Positions 14,801 through 27,833 of a stretch of DNA of 64,000 bases are shown here, in pieces. Each line of letters opens with the position of its first letter. Within the stretch, counting starts at the first letter, position 1. The notes below the pieces were generated by a model, which did not search any database, was not told the origin of the DNA, and worked only from the letters and a program-made list of their open reading frames with translations. Location of the stretch: positions 2,482,001 to 2,546,000 of the forward strand of contig NC_087251.1 in assembly GCF_037042905.1 (NCBI RefSeq), read 5' to 3'. A program made the position numbers and the translations under genes. The DNA comes from Lytechinus pictus. Its lineage: Eukaryota.

Positions 14801-15300
14801 CCCGTCTCCATCCGTCCTCCTACTCTCTCATCCTACCTCCTCCCCTCCTTCAACTTCTATCATGTTTTCCCGTCTCCACACCCCTCCTACTCTCTCATCC
14901 TACCAACTCCCCTCCTTCAACCTCATGTTCTCCCGTCTCCATCCCTCCTACTCTCTCATCCTACCAACTCCCCTCCTTCAACTTCTGTCATGTTCTCCCT
15001 TCTCCACCCCTCCTCTCTCATCCTACCTCCTCCCCTCCTTCAACTTCTATCATGTTCTCCAATCTCCATCCCTCCTCCTCTCTCCATCCTACCTCCTCCC
15101 CTCCTTCAACCTCATGTTCTCCCGTCTCCATCCCTCCTCCTCTCTCATCCTAGCTCCTCCCCTCCTTCAACCTCTATCATGTTCTCCCATCTCCACCCCT
15201 CCTCCTCTCTCCATCCTACCTCCTCCCCTCCTTCAACTTCTGTCATGTTCTCCCTTCTCCACCCCTCTTCTCTCATCCTACCTCCTCCCCTCCTTCATCC
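11880..15300. repeat. Pyrimidine-rich minisatellite (about 61-67 bp variant units) in three blocks
   Basis: Core ACTCTCTCATCCTACCAACTCCCCTCCTTCAACC with alternative tails. Interrupted at 13069 and 14073 by copies of the roughly 150-bp segment starting at 11729. Confidence 0.96.
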
Positions 15301-15401
15301 TGATCACGTCTTCTCATCTCAGTACTCCTCTGACTCTCTCTTTCCACTGTCTTTCCCTTAACAATCTCTCTTATATTTACCTCATGCCAAATTCTTTCAA
15401 G

Positions 15402-15502
15402 ATGGCGGAGAAGGTCATGTGACCACAGCCCTAGGCAACACATGGAGTCACAACGTTAACACTCGTCTTATTCTCCAGTATCTAGATGAAGTACATCGAG
15501 AG
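15402..15502 (+). CDS. RAD51B: RAD51B internal exon (equivalent of human exon 9), phase 1 to 0
   Basis: ttcaag|AT...GAG|gtatgt, 101 bp. Translates (D)GGEGHVTTALGNTWSHNVNTRLILQYLDEVHRE versus recalled human AALGNTWSHSVNTRLILQYLDSERRQ. Confidence 0.96.
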
Positions 15503-16018
15503 GTATGTAAAGATATGCCATGTCATTTGCAGTTTAAACCTACTTTTCATATTTTTGGATTACTCTGGAAATTCTTCAAATGTATGTAGATCGAGTGGAG
15601 CATAGAAAATGATGAATGGAAAATTCAAAATCCTATGAAAAGAATTTTTTTGCATAAACCTGGTTATTTTATCCTTGTCATCTTTTTTTTCCAAAGCAAA
15701 CTGATTTGATGTCATTAGAATCTAATCTAAGATGTTATTTGTTCTGTTTTAAACAGTGTTTTGTTTCATTAAGCTGTTCATAAATTATGCATTAATTAAC
15801 TGATGACCTGTTCTATTGTCAAATTTCCCCTGTTTTAATATTTCATTATAATGGGAGCGATTTTCCTGTAATCCTAATCAATTTTGGGGACAAATTATAA
15901 ACTTTGCATTCAGATGCATGTTTAACATTATCTGATAGACCCCCCCCCCCCCTCCAAGAACAGGTTACTAGTTGCACGTTAAGCCGTATGTAATGCAAAT
16001 ACAGCTTTGGAAACCACC

Positions 16019-16112
16019 AATATATATATATATATATATATGAATATATGCTCTGCTTTAGCATTGAGCACTTTGCACAATCATCGGCATCTACACATCT
16101 AAGGATATATAT

Positions 16113-16156
<44 letters not shown>
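16019..16156. repeat. Two (AT)n microsatellites
   Basis: (AT)n at about 16019-16041 and 16085-16156. Confidence 0.95.
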
Positions 16157-16159
<3 letters not shown>

Positions 16160-16648
16160 GAAAAAAATTGCCCTGCATTAACCTTTGTATCAGAAAAATT
16201 ATATTAAAGTTATTGCTCAGTAGATATAGAGTTGGCTCTTTGTGTATTTAACTAATTTTTCAGCCATAATGAAAATGACCTTGTATATGTTAGTTCCTAA
16301 ATTTCAAATAACGTTGCTTGAGCAAAATTGCTTCAGAAATGTCTTTAAGATATTTTTTGAAAAGAAACAAAAAATAAATAAAAAATATACCAAATGGCAA
16401 TGTTGAGATGAGAATGGAGTTTGTCCATCTTACAAATGCTCTTGTAATACAATTGGTCCGGTTTTCATCTCTAATGGCAGAACTTTGTAATAGAATCCAC
16501 CAACAAGGACCGCATCTCTCCATCTCACTCTCCTGTCTCAACCCATCTCCTCCAAAAATCAAGCCAGCGTGTCAGTGTAAGGTTAGGTTAATTCAGAGTA
16601 CTTGTCTTCTAACACTTGACTTTGATTATCCCCTCTTGTTGTGTACAG

Positions 16649-16727
16649 ATATTGATAGCCAAATCCCCGCTTGCTCCATTCGCTAAGGTAATCTACACCA
16701 TCCAAGATGCAGGCTTAGTTTCTACAG
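16649..16727 (+). CDS. RAD51B: RAD51B internal exon (equivalent of human exon 10), phase 0 to 1
   Basis: tacag|ATA...ACAG|gtaggt, 79 bp. Translates ILIAKSPLAPFAKVIYTIQDAGLVST versus recalled human ILIAKSPLAPFTSFVYTIKEEGLVLQ. Confidence 0.96.
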
Positions 16728-17977
16728 GTAGGTTCAACAAATCTTATCCTTTTTTTTCTTCTTCCATTCACCTCAATTCAATGTTTTCTTGATTTGCATA
16801 AAAACTCAAAAGTGTATAACAAGATTTTAAAAAAGTGTATTTTGTTCTTTACATTCATCATAGCGAATAGAAAAAAAATATTAAAAAATGTTTAAGCTTA
16901 CCTCTTCTTGCATCCTGAAAAAAAAAAAAGGGCAGTGCTTATAAAAGAATGCAGCGTGAATTTGTAATGTCTGTAAGGTGCTGTGATGATGTATGATAGA
17001 TATGAGCACCATACAGGATATTAGTACATGAAGATAAAATGTGATAACATGCATGCAATATACACATGTAATTTAATGCAGATGAAAGGAGAAGTAATAA
17101 TTAGTGATTGAATGTTCTGTAATAATTGTTTAGTTTGACCAAATTGATCATATTTAGTGCCCCCTCTCAATAACTCTTTTTCCCTTGGTAAAGTCACTTC
17201 TAACATTAATTTTTTTGTTTGTATATCATAAACTTTTATACAGAGAATGTATGATTAAGTTTTATTGTCTTTAATTTGTACTTGAACAATGGTTTTATAC
17301 CAAACAGAAAGAAAATAAAAATATGGTCAGGATCCAACATATATATTTTTTTTAAATAGATTTTATCATATATCAAATTTAGATTGCATCTTTCACACCA
17401 AATGAATTTTGTAAAATTTTCATATCATTTAAAAAGCAATTTCTAATTTGTAAATGAATAATCTTGAGATGGACTTTATAGAGGCTTTAACATGAACTCA
17501 CAGCATTACTGCCTAAAGATATGATACCTCCTTACTAAAGAAGTACTCTATGTGGCTGTGTATCAAGTATCTACTCTCAAGAACATAGATACATGGGGTT
17601 CATTTTCCTCTACCAGAAGAGAAAGACGGAAGGGGAGGGGATGTTGTGATTGTGATTGAACTTGAATTCACATTCTTGTATTTGATAGATGTATTCTCCA
17701 TATACATATTTGATATATGTGATAGAGCATTGCACTTTTCACCTAGTGTTTTCTTTATAGATAATAGGGTTTTGGAAAGCCATGCAATTGCTACATCAAA
17801 GAGTTGTCTTTCCTGATTTAAACTTAATTATGGCAAATGAGTTATATAGGCATTCAGAACACAATGTAGAGTTGAATTACATATGGCACCCTATATATTT
17901 GCCTGCTTTACCAAAACTTGCTCATTCTCTTTAAGGTGAGAAGAATATACTCTAAAAAAAAAAAGGTTTTGGTGCTC

Positions 17978-18529
17978 CCCGGGGGGGGGGGGGGGGGGGC
18001 ACTCAGTATATAATGCATAGTGGGTACGGCCGCGGAGGGGACCCCCATTTTTACACTCAAATTTCCGTTCCAAGGCATAGCATTTTTGTCTTATTGAGAA
18101 AAAGAACAAATAAAGCCGCTCCAAAGCATAGCATTTTCTTCTTATCGAGAAAAAAGAAGAAAGAAATCCGCTCCAAAGCTTTGCATATTTTCTGTTACGA
18201 CGTTCCAGTCGTATTGATCTGCTACAATGAGCCACAATTTTGGTGAAAAGCGGCCGCAGAGCGCTTTCCGACCATCGCATCTGCGCTAGCGTACCCGGCG
18301 CCCGTGCTGCCCGGCTAGCTGCATGCACGTATGCCCGTTCCATAGGAATGAATACGCAATCACACGCAGGCGACCCATTCCAAGGACCCCTGTTTTCACA
18401 AACATTTGTCGTTCCAAAGCCCGTTCTGAGGACCCGCCTTTTTACAATACGCCCGCTCCAAGGCCCCCGTTTTTTGTCTCGCCCACAGCACATACCCACT
18501 ACTTTTTTGGTCGAGTGCCCCCCCCTGGG
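17978..18529. mobile_element. Non-autonomous DNA transposon with CCC-G(n)-CACTC termini and 7-bp TSD
   Basis: GGTGCTC|CCCGGGG...GCACTC ... GAGTGCCCCCCCCTGGG|GGTGCTC. GC-rich interior; a second partial copy starts at 34750. Confidence 0.88.
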
Positions 18530-21500
18530 GGTGCTCCTTTTCAGGACAAAACATATGATCACAAAAGAATACATGGTGTACCATGAAACACTGATACATT
18601 AAGAACTATTTGATGAAATGTACATTTCTTGCTTAATTGAGAAAAAAATACCTGTAGCTGTAGACAGGGTTAGACAAGTTAAACAATACATATTTCTTGT
18701 TAAAGCTAGACTAAATGTATTACCACTGTTGACATATGGGAGCACATAGGTAATATGCATGTATATGTACCAATTTTATTGCACATAAGGACAAAATCAA
18801 GAGGGAGTTTGAGTGTTTATAGAGAGGTCCAGATGCAGATATAACAGTATGTCGATGATTAAGTGTTTTCATATCTACTACTGCAAGCAATGCACCAAAC
18901 ATTGTTCATGTTTACATTCTTACAAACATCACTCTCATAGTCGTGTGCACAATTGTGATTTAAAAACAAACAGATGCTGATTGCTCTCTAAAAGTTTGGT
19001 AGGTATTTTAAGACAAAATCAGATTTATTGGCATGACTCAACACAATAATGTATCAAAAACTGAGAAAAATAAAGATATAAAGACATTTACCTAGATTAC
19101 TGCCATCATTTCATGTTGTCACTGAGAATGGCGTATGGAAATCAATATCAAGTATGAAAAGCAAGTGATGTCATAATCAGAAGCTTTATGCACTGTCCTC
19201 TTTCAAACAAAATGCAAACCATCTATCAATAGTATTATGCTCAGGCACTATAGGTAATAATTATGTCCTGACTGGTCATCCATAGTTGAGATTTATTTGA
19301 GTCAATCACACTCTGTATAAAACAGGATTGGGATGTTGAAAGGCTTTCATTAAAAACTTTAGCTTATGATATACTGCCTCTTAACGGGTAATGATCTAAT
19401 ACCTGTGTCAAAATTAAATTCTTGTTATTTCTGTGTTGGATTGAACATGAATTTCAACAATGAATAAGTGCACTTGATGTCAGACATGTCCATGTTTAAC
19501 AAGATGTAGATGTTTTGAGTGACCGAAGAACAAGGAAAGAGTATTACCGTGATAGCCCAAAACAAAATTATAATTTAGTGCAAGCTTTTTAAATATTATT
19601 ACAGACCTACCAACATTTAGTCTATACAGACTGGATAAACTGACATTACTGTAACTCATTCATTCATCAAGGCTTTAATATGGTTTCATTTTTAATCCAT
19701 GAATATGGAGAACAGGTGAATAATTGCATAACAGATGTGTGGAATCATTCTTTCTATAATCAAATAAAAGTTGAGATTCAAAATTCTTGGAAATACTATG
19801 TTTCAGTGAAAAACAACTGTAGTGATAATCTCAGACCCTCAAAGGATTTTTATTGAAGAGAATAATAATGACATAATTAGATTTACCTTCTCACAGCTGC
19901 AAATGGCTGCAAATTCCATTTGCTAATTCACAATGAAATATTTCTTAATATTCAGACTCAGATTTAATTTTTTTTCTCTATCATCTTTCTCTTTCAAAGA
20001 TGTGTAATATATAAGAATCAAATCATTTTAGTAGATGTGTGAGGTCACAATATTTAAGTCCGGACCAGGGGGGGGGGGGCTGATGTCACCCCCACACCTG
20101 GAAACAAAAATCAAATCTGCACCAGCGATGCAAATGACATTATATAATTTATGAAATCTTTGCAAACTTGATTGTTAAAGAGAAACCTAGTTTTGATTTA
20201 AATTGCATTTTTCATAGAGTAAATAATGAATGAATAAAATGAATAAGCGTTTGTAAAATATCATAATTAAAAAAATAGCCATTGTTATTTCAAATTGTAT
20301 TCAGTATTAAACATCAAAACTATCACATGATTTTAGATAAAATTGATTGATAATTTTATTATAAGATTTACCTTTTCTTTTTTATTCATAGATGCAAAAA
20401 ATCCATTGGCTGACTTCAGAATGAAATAGATGAAATAATAGATGAATGCATACGTAGAATAATATATTAAGAAAATAGTCATTATCACTTCAAATAATAT
20501 ATTATTAATCGAGAAATGTAAAATTTTGTAATAGTATATTTGATATAATTAATATATTATATTTAATATTGTTGATCTTAAATCACATTTGTTAAGGAGA
20601 CAGCCTAGTTTATTATACTTACAGCTGGATTTATGTATTTAGAGGGGGAAGAATAAAAAAGTACATGGGTATAGAGAACAGAGTATGTGATGTGATGTAA
20701 GTGATAGTAAACTCCTTTGTATAGTTGATTTCATGTTTGACCCTTTACACTCCCTAAAAGTGGCAACCATGGCAGTGTTCGTCTAGTCCCCTTAGTATGC
20801 GCCAATAGCGCCATCTCAAGTCCTCAACTACTCATACTTGGCCAGTGTCCTGACCCATAATGCTAGTGTAGTCTAGTAATATAGACCCATTTGAATGATA
20901 ACATACTAATTAACTACTTGATACATTTATACCGCAATAATTATGTTACCAAGTAGCAAAACAATTACTTTTCCTCTCAAAACATTTTAGTTTCTCTATA
21001 CAAAATACAATTGTAGGTCAATTTATTCTCTGTAGTATTAGTAGATATCTGAAAACGTATATCTTAAGACTATGTATTTATAACACAGAGACAGAGAAGG
21101 AGAGGATGATGATTTCAGCAATGGCTCTATAGATGGCGCTGTTTTAAATATAGCTGATTGATACGTTGACATGTCATGGGACTGTATATTATCTGATTTA
21201 CTGGAATGAAGTTGACTGCATAAATTTAACAAAGATTAAAAAATCTTTTTTGTAGATTCCACTTAATTCCACCTTCCTTAAGTCAAGTAAATGGCCTTTA
21301 ATTATCAAAGCATTTTTCAAGACATCATGTTCTTAAAACTTTAAATGATAATATTAATGATAAAGACATTTGTAATGTGCAAAACATATCCAACCTATTA
21401 AGGGTGCTCGAGGCACTTTGATGTCAAATTTTTATTAATCTATTAGTTACCAATTTCGGTAGACTTTGTAAAGGTACAACCCATTTGCAGTGGATAATCG

Positions 21501-21606
21501 GTTATAAATAAAAGCGATTGTTCAGGACCTTCACATATTATGGGAAGAAGTTCAATTGCCAATCTATAATGTGGAAACACTTTTAAATCTTCAGGGGTAT
21601 TTTTAA

Positions 21607-22086
21607 AGGAGAAGTTCACCCTGACGAAAAGTTTATTGTAAAAATAAAAGAAAAGAAAAAAAGATACTGGTGAAGGTTTGCGGAAAATCCATGAAATATT
21701 AAGAAAGTTATTGGAAGTTTTTAATGTAGGACGTCATAAACGAGCAGCTGCCCCATATGATGTGCATAGATTTCATTTTTTTAATTGTTCCTGATGATTT
21801 ATTTTTCATTTTCTTTTTAGGAGCGAGTGTGAATTGATTTGTGTATGGATATATGGAAGGTACAATAACAACCATTTTCAATTTTCTAAAAAAATGACAT
21901 TTAATTGATTTTCTACTATGAGATATGTAAAAAAAAGCTGCTGGGATATGACGTCACAAATCAAATAATTCAAACTCGAATAACTTCTTTCTTCTTTGAT
22001 GGATTTTCCTCAAACCTTCCACAATATTTTTTATTAATTTTTCTGTTAATTTTTCAATAAACTGTTTGTCAGAGTGAATGTCCTCT
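21607..22086. mobile_element. Kolobok-like MITE
   Basis: TTAA|AGGAGAAGTTCACCCTGAC...GTCAGAGTGAATGTCCTCT|TTAA. Homologous, in inverted orientation, to 31797-32281. Confidence 0.82.
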
Positions 22087-23920
22087 TTAAACTATTATTT
22101 TTCCTGCATTGGTAATTTATTAGATTCAAATATACATTAAAAGGTCATTACTGTCCCCAATTCTTTTTTTTATATTCAAATTGACTTATTTATTGAGTGG
22201 TACTGTGCCTTCTTGCAAAAGGTGTATCATGTATTTATATAGTGATGCCTTTTATTACTTCATCTTAGCATTCTGCTGTTATCTATTTAGCACCCTCTAT
22301 TGACCAAAGATAAATTGCTGCCATGATTTTTGTGTTCATACTGGTTTTGAAGTCTGCCTTACGTCAAGTTGGTTTTAATAAATGCTGAAAAAAATAGAAA
22401 ATATTGGTCAAGTCAAACTCTCAAGTGAGGATAGTGAAATTTTATTAAAAGCTTTTCTGATAAGATGATAGCAAATTAAATGTTTTTTTTTCCACTGGAA
22501 TAGTCAAAATTTAACAAGAACCAAACAATGTTTCATCCAATAGTGAAAGAATTGTGAAAAAAGAAAGGTCTTTAATAATGAAAATATAATCTGCTTCACT
22601 TTTATTCTTCTCTGTACAATGTTTTCAGTATGATATATACTGCATACATTAGAACAAGTTTACAATTTATACAATGTATACAATATGTTTACCTAGTCTG
22701 TTTTGTAGTTGCCTAACAGTTACTTCAATTAAAGATGAGATGATCAGGAGCGAACATTCATATAGCTCATTTTGAGTCGCTATTTACAGGTTCTGTTGGT
22801 ATTACTAGTTCAATAATTAATCTTAACCCTCACTACCAATAAAGATATAAATAAATAGAAGTGAAATTAAGAATAGAAAATAAATGTGTAGAATATAAGA
22901 AGGTTGATTAATGATTAGTAAAAGTAAAGTTAATAAATGAATGATTGGATGGATTAGTAAAGCACACTAATACAATTAAAAATATTGTATCAATTTTTGA
23001 GATATTATAAAAAGTATGTCAAAATAAGGCGAAAAGTGGGTACCTTTCAGAGTATCTGGCTTCAGCTGTAGTTCCCTTCATGAATAGGGACTATTTAGCT
23101 GTAAGCTATACTCCATGATTGAATTAACTACTCCCAAGGTTTTCACCCCAGCAAGGAAATTACCCCAAATCACTAAACTATGTTACCTCGTTAAGCTTCC
23201 CCACTACTCTATTGGGAACACCTCGTGAAAATGAAGAAAAGAGGAACGAAAACAGACGATATTATGACACACCTGTCATTTACAGCCAAACACTTCTACA
23301 AAACGATCTCCAACTCTCTTCTTGTTTTCTTCAAAGTTAATTTAAAGTTCGTCCAAATGACGTCTTCTCCTTTCATACCATAAACATCCCTCTCTGTCTC
23401 TCTTTCTTTCTCTCTGTCTGTCACTCTCTTGTTCATATGATACGTCTCAAAATTAATGTGTAGAAACAGAATCACAAGCGGTAGATGATGAATTAGATAA
23501 GTGGTGGAGTTTTTCCTCCCTCTTTGCTCCAGGACGGCTTTATCGGTTTGCGCTGAGGATGGATGTTAATTTGCGGTACATGGCAGCATATAATGAGGCA
23601 AACTTTGATGACTTAATCATTGATTATCACCTTTGCAATGCCAGCATGCCAGGATGGCAATGAACTCTTACACGCACTTCTATGACTCTGTTTTTCTTAC
23701 CAAGCTACTTTAATTCATTTTAGGCCAATATTCTAAATAATAAAATGTTTTTCTCTCATTGGTCATAAGTAAATCAAGGTATAAAATATAGTTTCATCTA
23801 TCATTTTTTTGGTGAAAATTAGGTTAGACCTGGATGGACCTTACCTTTGATGTGAAAGCACATAGGCGGGTTTAAAATGTTAGGCTTGCCTCTAGCTATG
23901 ATGTGAAAGGACATGAAGTT

Positions 23921-24100
23921 AATAATAATATGCAACATTCATATCGCGCTTAATACAATGTTCCTAAGCGCTGGATACTATTACCCTGGCTTTAGCCCGG
24001 CTTCTCTTATCGAGTGCTTGAGCATTCAAAGAATTTCTTCCTACCGGGTACAAATTTACAACATCTGGGTGGAGAGTGGCAAATGTAGATAAATGCCTGA
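23921..24100 (-). mobile_element. SINE 3' fragment
   Basis: ATTACCCTGGCTTTAGCCC is the reverse complement of GGGCTAAAGCCAGGGTAAT in the 53244 SINE; (AAT)n tail on the left. Confidence 0.7.
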
Positions 24101-24140
24101 TGGACAAGGTAACCATTGCTGGTCAGCTTGTACTGTATGG

Positions 24141-24671
24141 CGCATACATTCGTAATTCCGAAGGTTCGGATATTCCGAAGGTTCGTTATTCCGAAGGTTC
24201 GTATTTCCGAAGGTTCGTAATTCCGAAGGTTCGTTAGTCCGAAAACGAAATAAGGTTCGTAATTCCGAAGGTTCGTTAGTCCGAAAACGAAGTGAGGTTC
24301 GTAATTCCGAAGGTTCGTTAGTCCGAAAACTAATGATTAACGAACCTTATTTCGTTTTCGGACTAACGAACCTTCGGAACAACGAACCTTATTTCGTTTT
24401 CGGATTAACGAACCTTCGGAACAACGAACCTTATGTCGTTTTCGGATTGACGAACCTTCGGAACATCGAACCTTATTTCGTTTTCGGATTATCGAACCTT
24501 CGGAATAACGAACCTTCGGAATAATGCCACAAATGTTCGGATTAACGAACCCTTTTACGTTTTCGGATTAACGAACATCGAGGTATAGGCAATTTACGTG
24601 TTTCGGAATTACGAACCGTCGGAATAAAGAACCTTCGGAATTATGAACCTTCGGAATTACGAAGTGTAACC
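24141..24671. mobile_element. Foldback-type element built from inverted arrays of a roughly 15-bp repeat, probable 8-bp TSD
   Basis: CTGTATGG flanks both ends (24133-24140, 24672-24679). Left half is TTCCGAAGGTTCGTWA repeats, right half is the reverse complement CGAACCTTCGGAA; orientation switches near 24335. Confidence 0.88.
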
Positions 24672-25611
24672 CTGTATGGTACCTTTGTATTAGTGCAGTA
24701 AAGAGGCTTCCAAGGATTATGATGTAGATTTCCTTTTCATTTAAGTGAATTTTATTATCTGCACAATCACCCTTTTCAGTGTTCTACCTCCCAACTCAGT
24801 GGTTTCATGTTTGTGTATAGCATTTATTTTACTTTTAAGACCAATGATTAATTTGCAGGGAGTTATACCTTCCAACACCCTAATAATTGCTTGAATAAAG
24901 CCTTTGATCACAGAAAAAAGGGGGTAGAACAAATGGGGTCTGAATATCTTCTTGTTAGGAAACAGTAATATTTAGTACAATTTTGTTTTAAATTTCTAAG
25001 CATTACTTTACATATATCTAATATCTGAATGGTGCTTAATCCAATTTTGGGACAAAGGAGCTTTACAAGGTTCAAAACTTTCAAATAGTCTTTGATGGGT
25101 CTTAAACTCATCATCCATTCTCCTTCTCAGCAAAAAAATTGGTGGTCAAACCCTGACCTGCATGAAGTCAGTATACCTTTACTAATCCTTCAAATCCAAA
25201 CAATTAGCACCAGCTTTCTATATATACATTCACAGTATATTCCCACTGGGGTACAAACCATGACGTTTGCCAAAACAAATAATCATCTATGCAATTCTAT
25301 TAAAGTACTAATGTTGATTAGTATGAATTATTACTTAAATTATTTTTCTCTCCTAAACGCTCATAACTTAGCAGAGAATATTAAAGGGATGTCGAAAGCA
25401 GTAAAAATTGCTTCTGGTTGAATGAGAGTTATACCATATCACTTCCTTGTGTATAATTAATAATACCTGAAACTTTTTGACAAAATGGAAATCATTATCT
25501 AGAAAAGGGAAAAATAATTGAAGTTTGCCAAACCCCTTGCCCAAGAGTGTCCAGCAGACAGAACTTGTTTATGTGCCAGGGCAGGGGGCTGCAACACACA
25601 GATATACAAAA

Positions 25612-25910
25612 CAATAATAATACTAATGATAATAATGATAATAGTAATAATCTGGTTACCTATAGTGCGCCCAAGACACACATTATACATATCTAAGAGC
25701 TTACAGATTTATTATTACCCTGCAATGGTCATCAGATTTAATCAGTCATTCCCCCACACAATGTATGCACATCCTCCACTCCCTGGGGAGGATTCAGGCC
25801 AGTCGCCAATGAGGCGCAAATAATGTTGGACAAGCTACCAGGTACCAATTTAGCACATGGATGGAGAGTGGCAAAGTGTGGATTAATGCCTTGTCAAAGG
25901 TTGCTAGGCC
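25612..25910 (-). mobile_element. Diverged SINE fragment
   Basis: (AAT)n tail, ATTATTACCCTG, and GGTACCAATTT...GGAGAGTGGCAAA shared with 24047-24083. Confidence 0.65.
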
Positions 25911-26439
25911 GCAATGCCTATTACAAGATTTTTTAATGGTACGGTGGTAGCTAAATATTTTGATAAATGTATGACCACTTATAAACTTCAGGTGATTTCT
26001 GTCTCACCTAAAAGTGTGCAATAATGGTTTTATAATAGTACTCCCTTTAACACCCCCTCTCCCCACATCTACCTTCTGAACTTTATAAAAACGTGACCAA
26101 GTAACATGGCATAGTCAATTCAATCCTAGCAGTTGATGTCTTTATCTCACTGTCAATATCAAACCAAATAAGTTAAGTGAATTCAAGTTGAAGGTCATAC
26201 TGATAGGTCTTAATTCAATCTAAGGTAAGAGTCAGCTGGAAAATATGACTAAAAGAGAGACACTCAGACAGAATTTGTGTACAAAGTGACATAAAATAAT
26301 TTGTTTATATGCCCTCTGCAAACAACTGGAGAAAGTGTATAACTTATGCAAAACACTTTTTACAATGTTAACTATTTATTAGAGTTTATCCTTTTTGATA
26401 AACCACTACTACTACTAATTCCTATTGATTGTTATTATC

Positions 26440-26490
26440 AACATTATTATTGTTGATATTATTATTACTACTACTTTAAATTATTATTAT

Positions 26491-26523
<33 letters not shown>

Positions 26524-26609
26524 CAGTAGTAGTAGTAGTAGTAGTAATAATAGTAGTAGTAGTAGCAGTAGTAGCAGCAGTAGTAGTAATAGTAGTAGTA
26601 GTAGTAGTA

Positions 26610-26647
<38 letters not shown>

Positions 26648-26684
26648 TAGTTATTATTATTATTATTCTTTTTGTTGTTGTTGA

Positions 26685-26718
<34 letters not shown>

Positions 26719-26760
26719 TCCTCATCATCACCCCACCACCACCATCGTCATCATTATCAT
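26440..26760. repeat. Compound (TAT)n-(TAG)n-(TAT)n-(ATC)n microsatellite
   Basis: Long TAG run at about 26490-26646 flanked by TAT runs. Confidence 0.95.
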
Positions 26761-27833
26761 CAAAACTAGCAATTTAATCATTGTTAAAGATATTAATATT
26801 GGAGTCATTTTGTAGAAAAGATGAGTATAATGAGTCTATATATGTAACAAAAAGCAATAACATGTTTACAGATTGAAGCCTTGCAAGTAACCTGTGATAT
26901 AAACTCTTTAAAATGAAAGAGAAGAAAATGGTTCTACCTAAACAACGGAGAGAGTTAGTTGTAGAATAAATTCTTTCTCTATTTGACTGTATTCTCTCCC
27001 ATAGGGTCTCATGATGGGGTCTTAAATCCTAAGTCAGCTAGGTACCTTTCCATGGGTAGAATAAATTGGTACAAATTATGTCAATAGTAGAGAAAAATAA
27101 AGAAAATCATATTTTAGGAACCAGGGGTGGATATTATTGTGTAGGCGAGGAAACCTTCTATGATATCATTAAATCTCTCTAGCTTCTCAACATGTCTCCT
27201 TGCAAAAGTTTAAGGAAATTTCCTCTCCATTTTGCGCTTTTCTTTCTTTACTTCATCTAGCTGTTGTCGCTCTGCTTGAGACGGCCTCTCTAGGGAATGT
27301 TCCACTTTGGTCCCGTAGAAAGCAGGTTGAACAAGATTAGGGATCTTGCTTGGAATTGTTCCTAATTTGATTTAGAGGGTCCTCTTTTCAGAATAGTTAT
27401 CCGAGCCTCATGGGTTCATGGACCTCGACTTAAAGATTTCTTTTAATGTCATTTCAAGAGTTTGCCGGCATTTATGGTGTGTAATTTGATTATAGTGAAT
27501 TGAAATGGGACATTTTTTTATTACTAAAATGCTTCAATTTTCAGAGGCTTTTGGATGTGGAAATGATTGTATTTTGAGATTGTTATTTTTACGTGAAAAA
27601 AAAACATCTGTAAACAATAACGATAATAGTGATGATAAAACTCAAGTTATAGGCCTATTTGGCCAATCACTATAGTACATGCTCACTGGTTGATGGATGA
27701 AAACACTTTCAAACCACTTTGCAGTGCACAACATCCACTCCCTGGGGAACATTCCTGATCTGGCTACTTCATGGCATTGGATGGCACTGGAAAATTCATT
27801 TAGGCCTAACAGTACAATATTGACATCACACTA

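Noticed and set aside
11838..15422. Pro/Ser/Leu-rich ORFs up to 423 aa
   Set aside because: All three + frames are open because the C/T-rich satellite lacks stop codons; the region is intronic to RAD51B.
17891..18602. 227-aa and overlapping ORFs
   Set aside because: They lie within a GC-rich MITE, show no transposase motifs, and the frame is not preserved in the 34750 copy.
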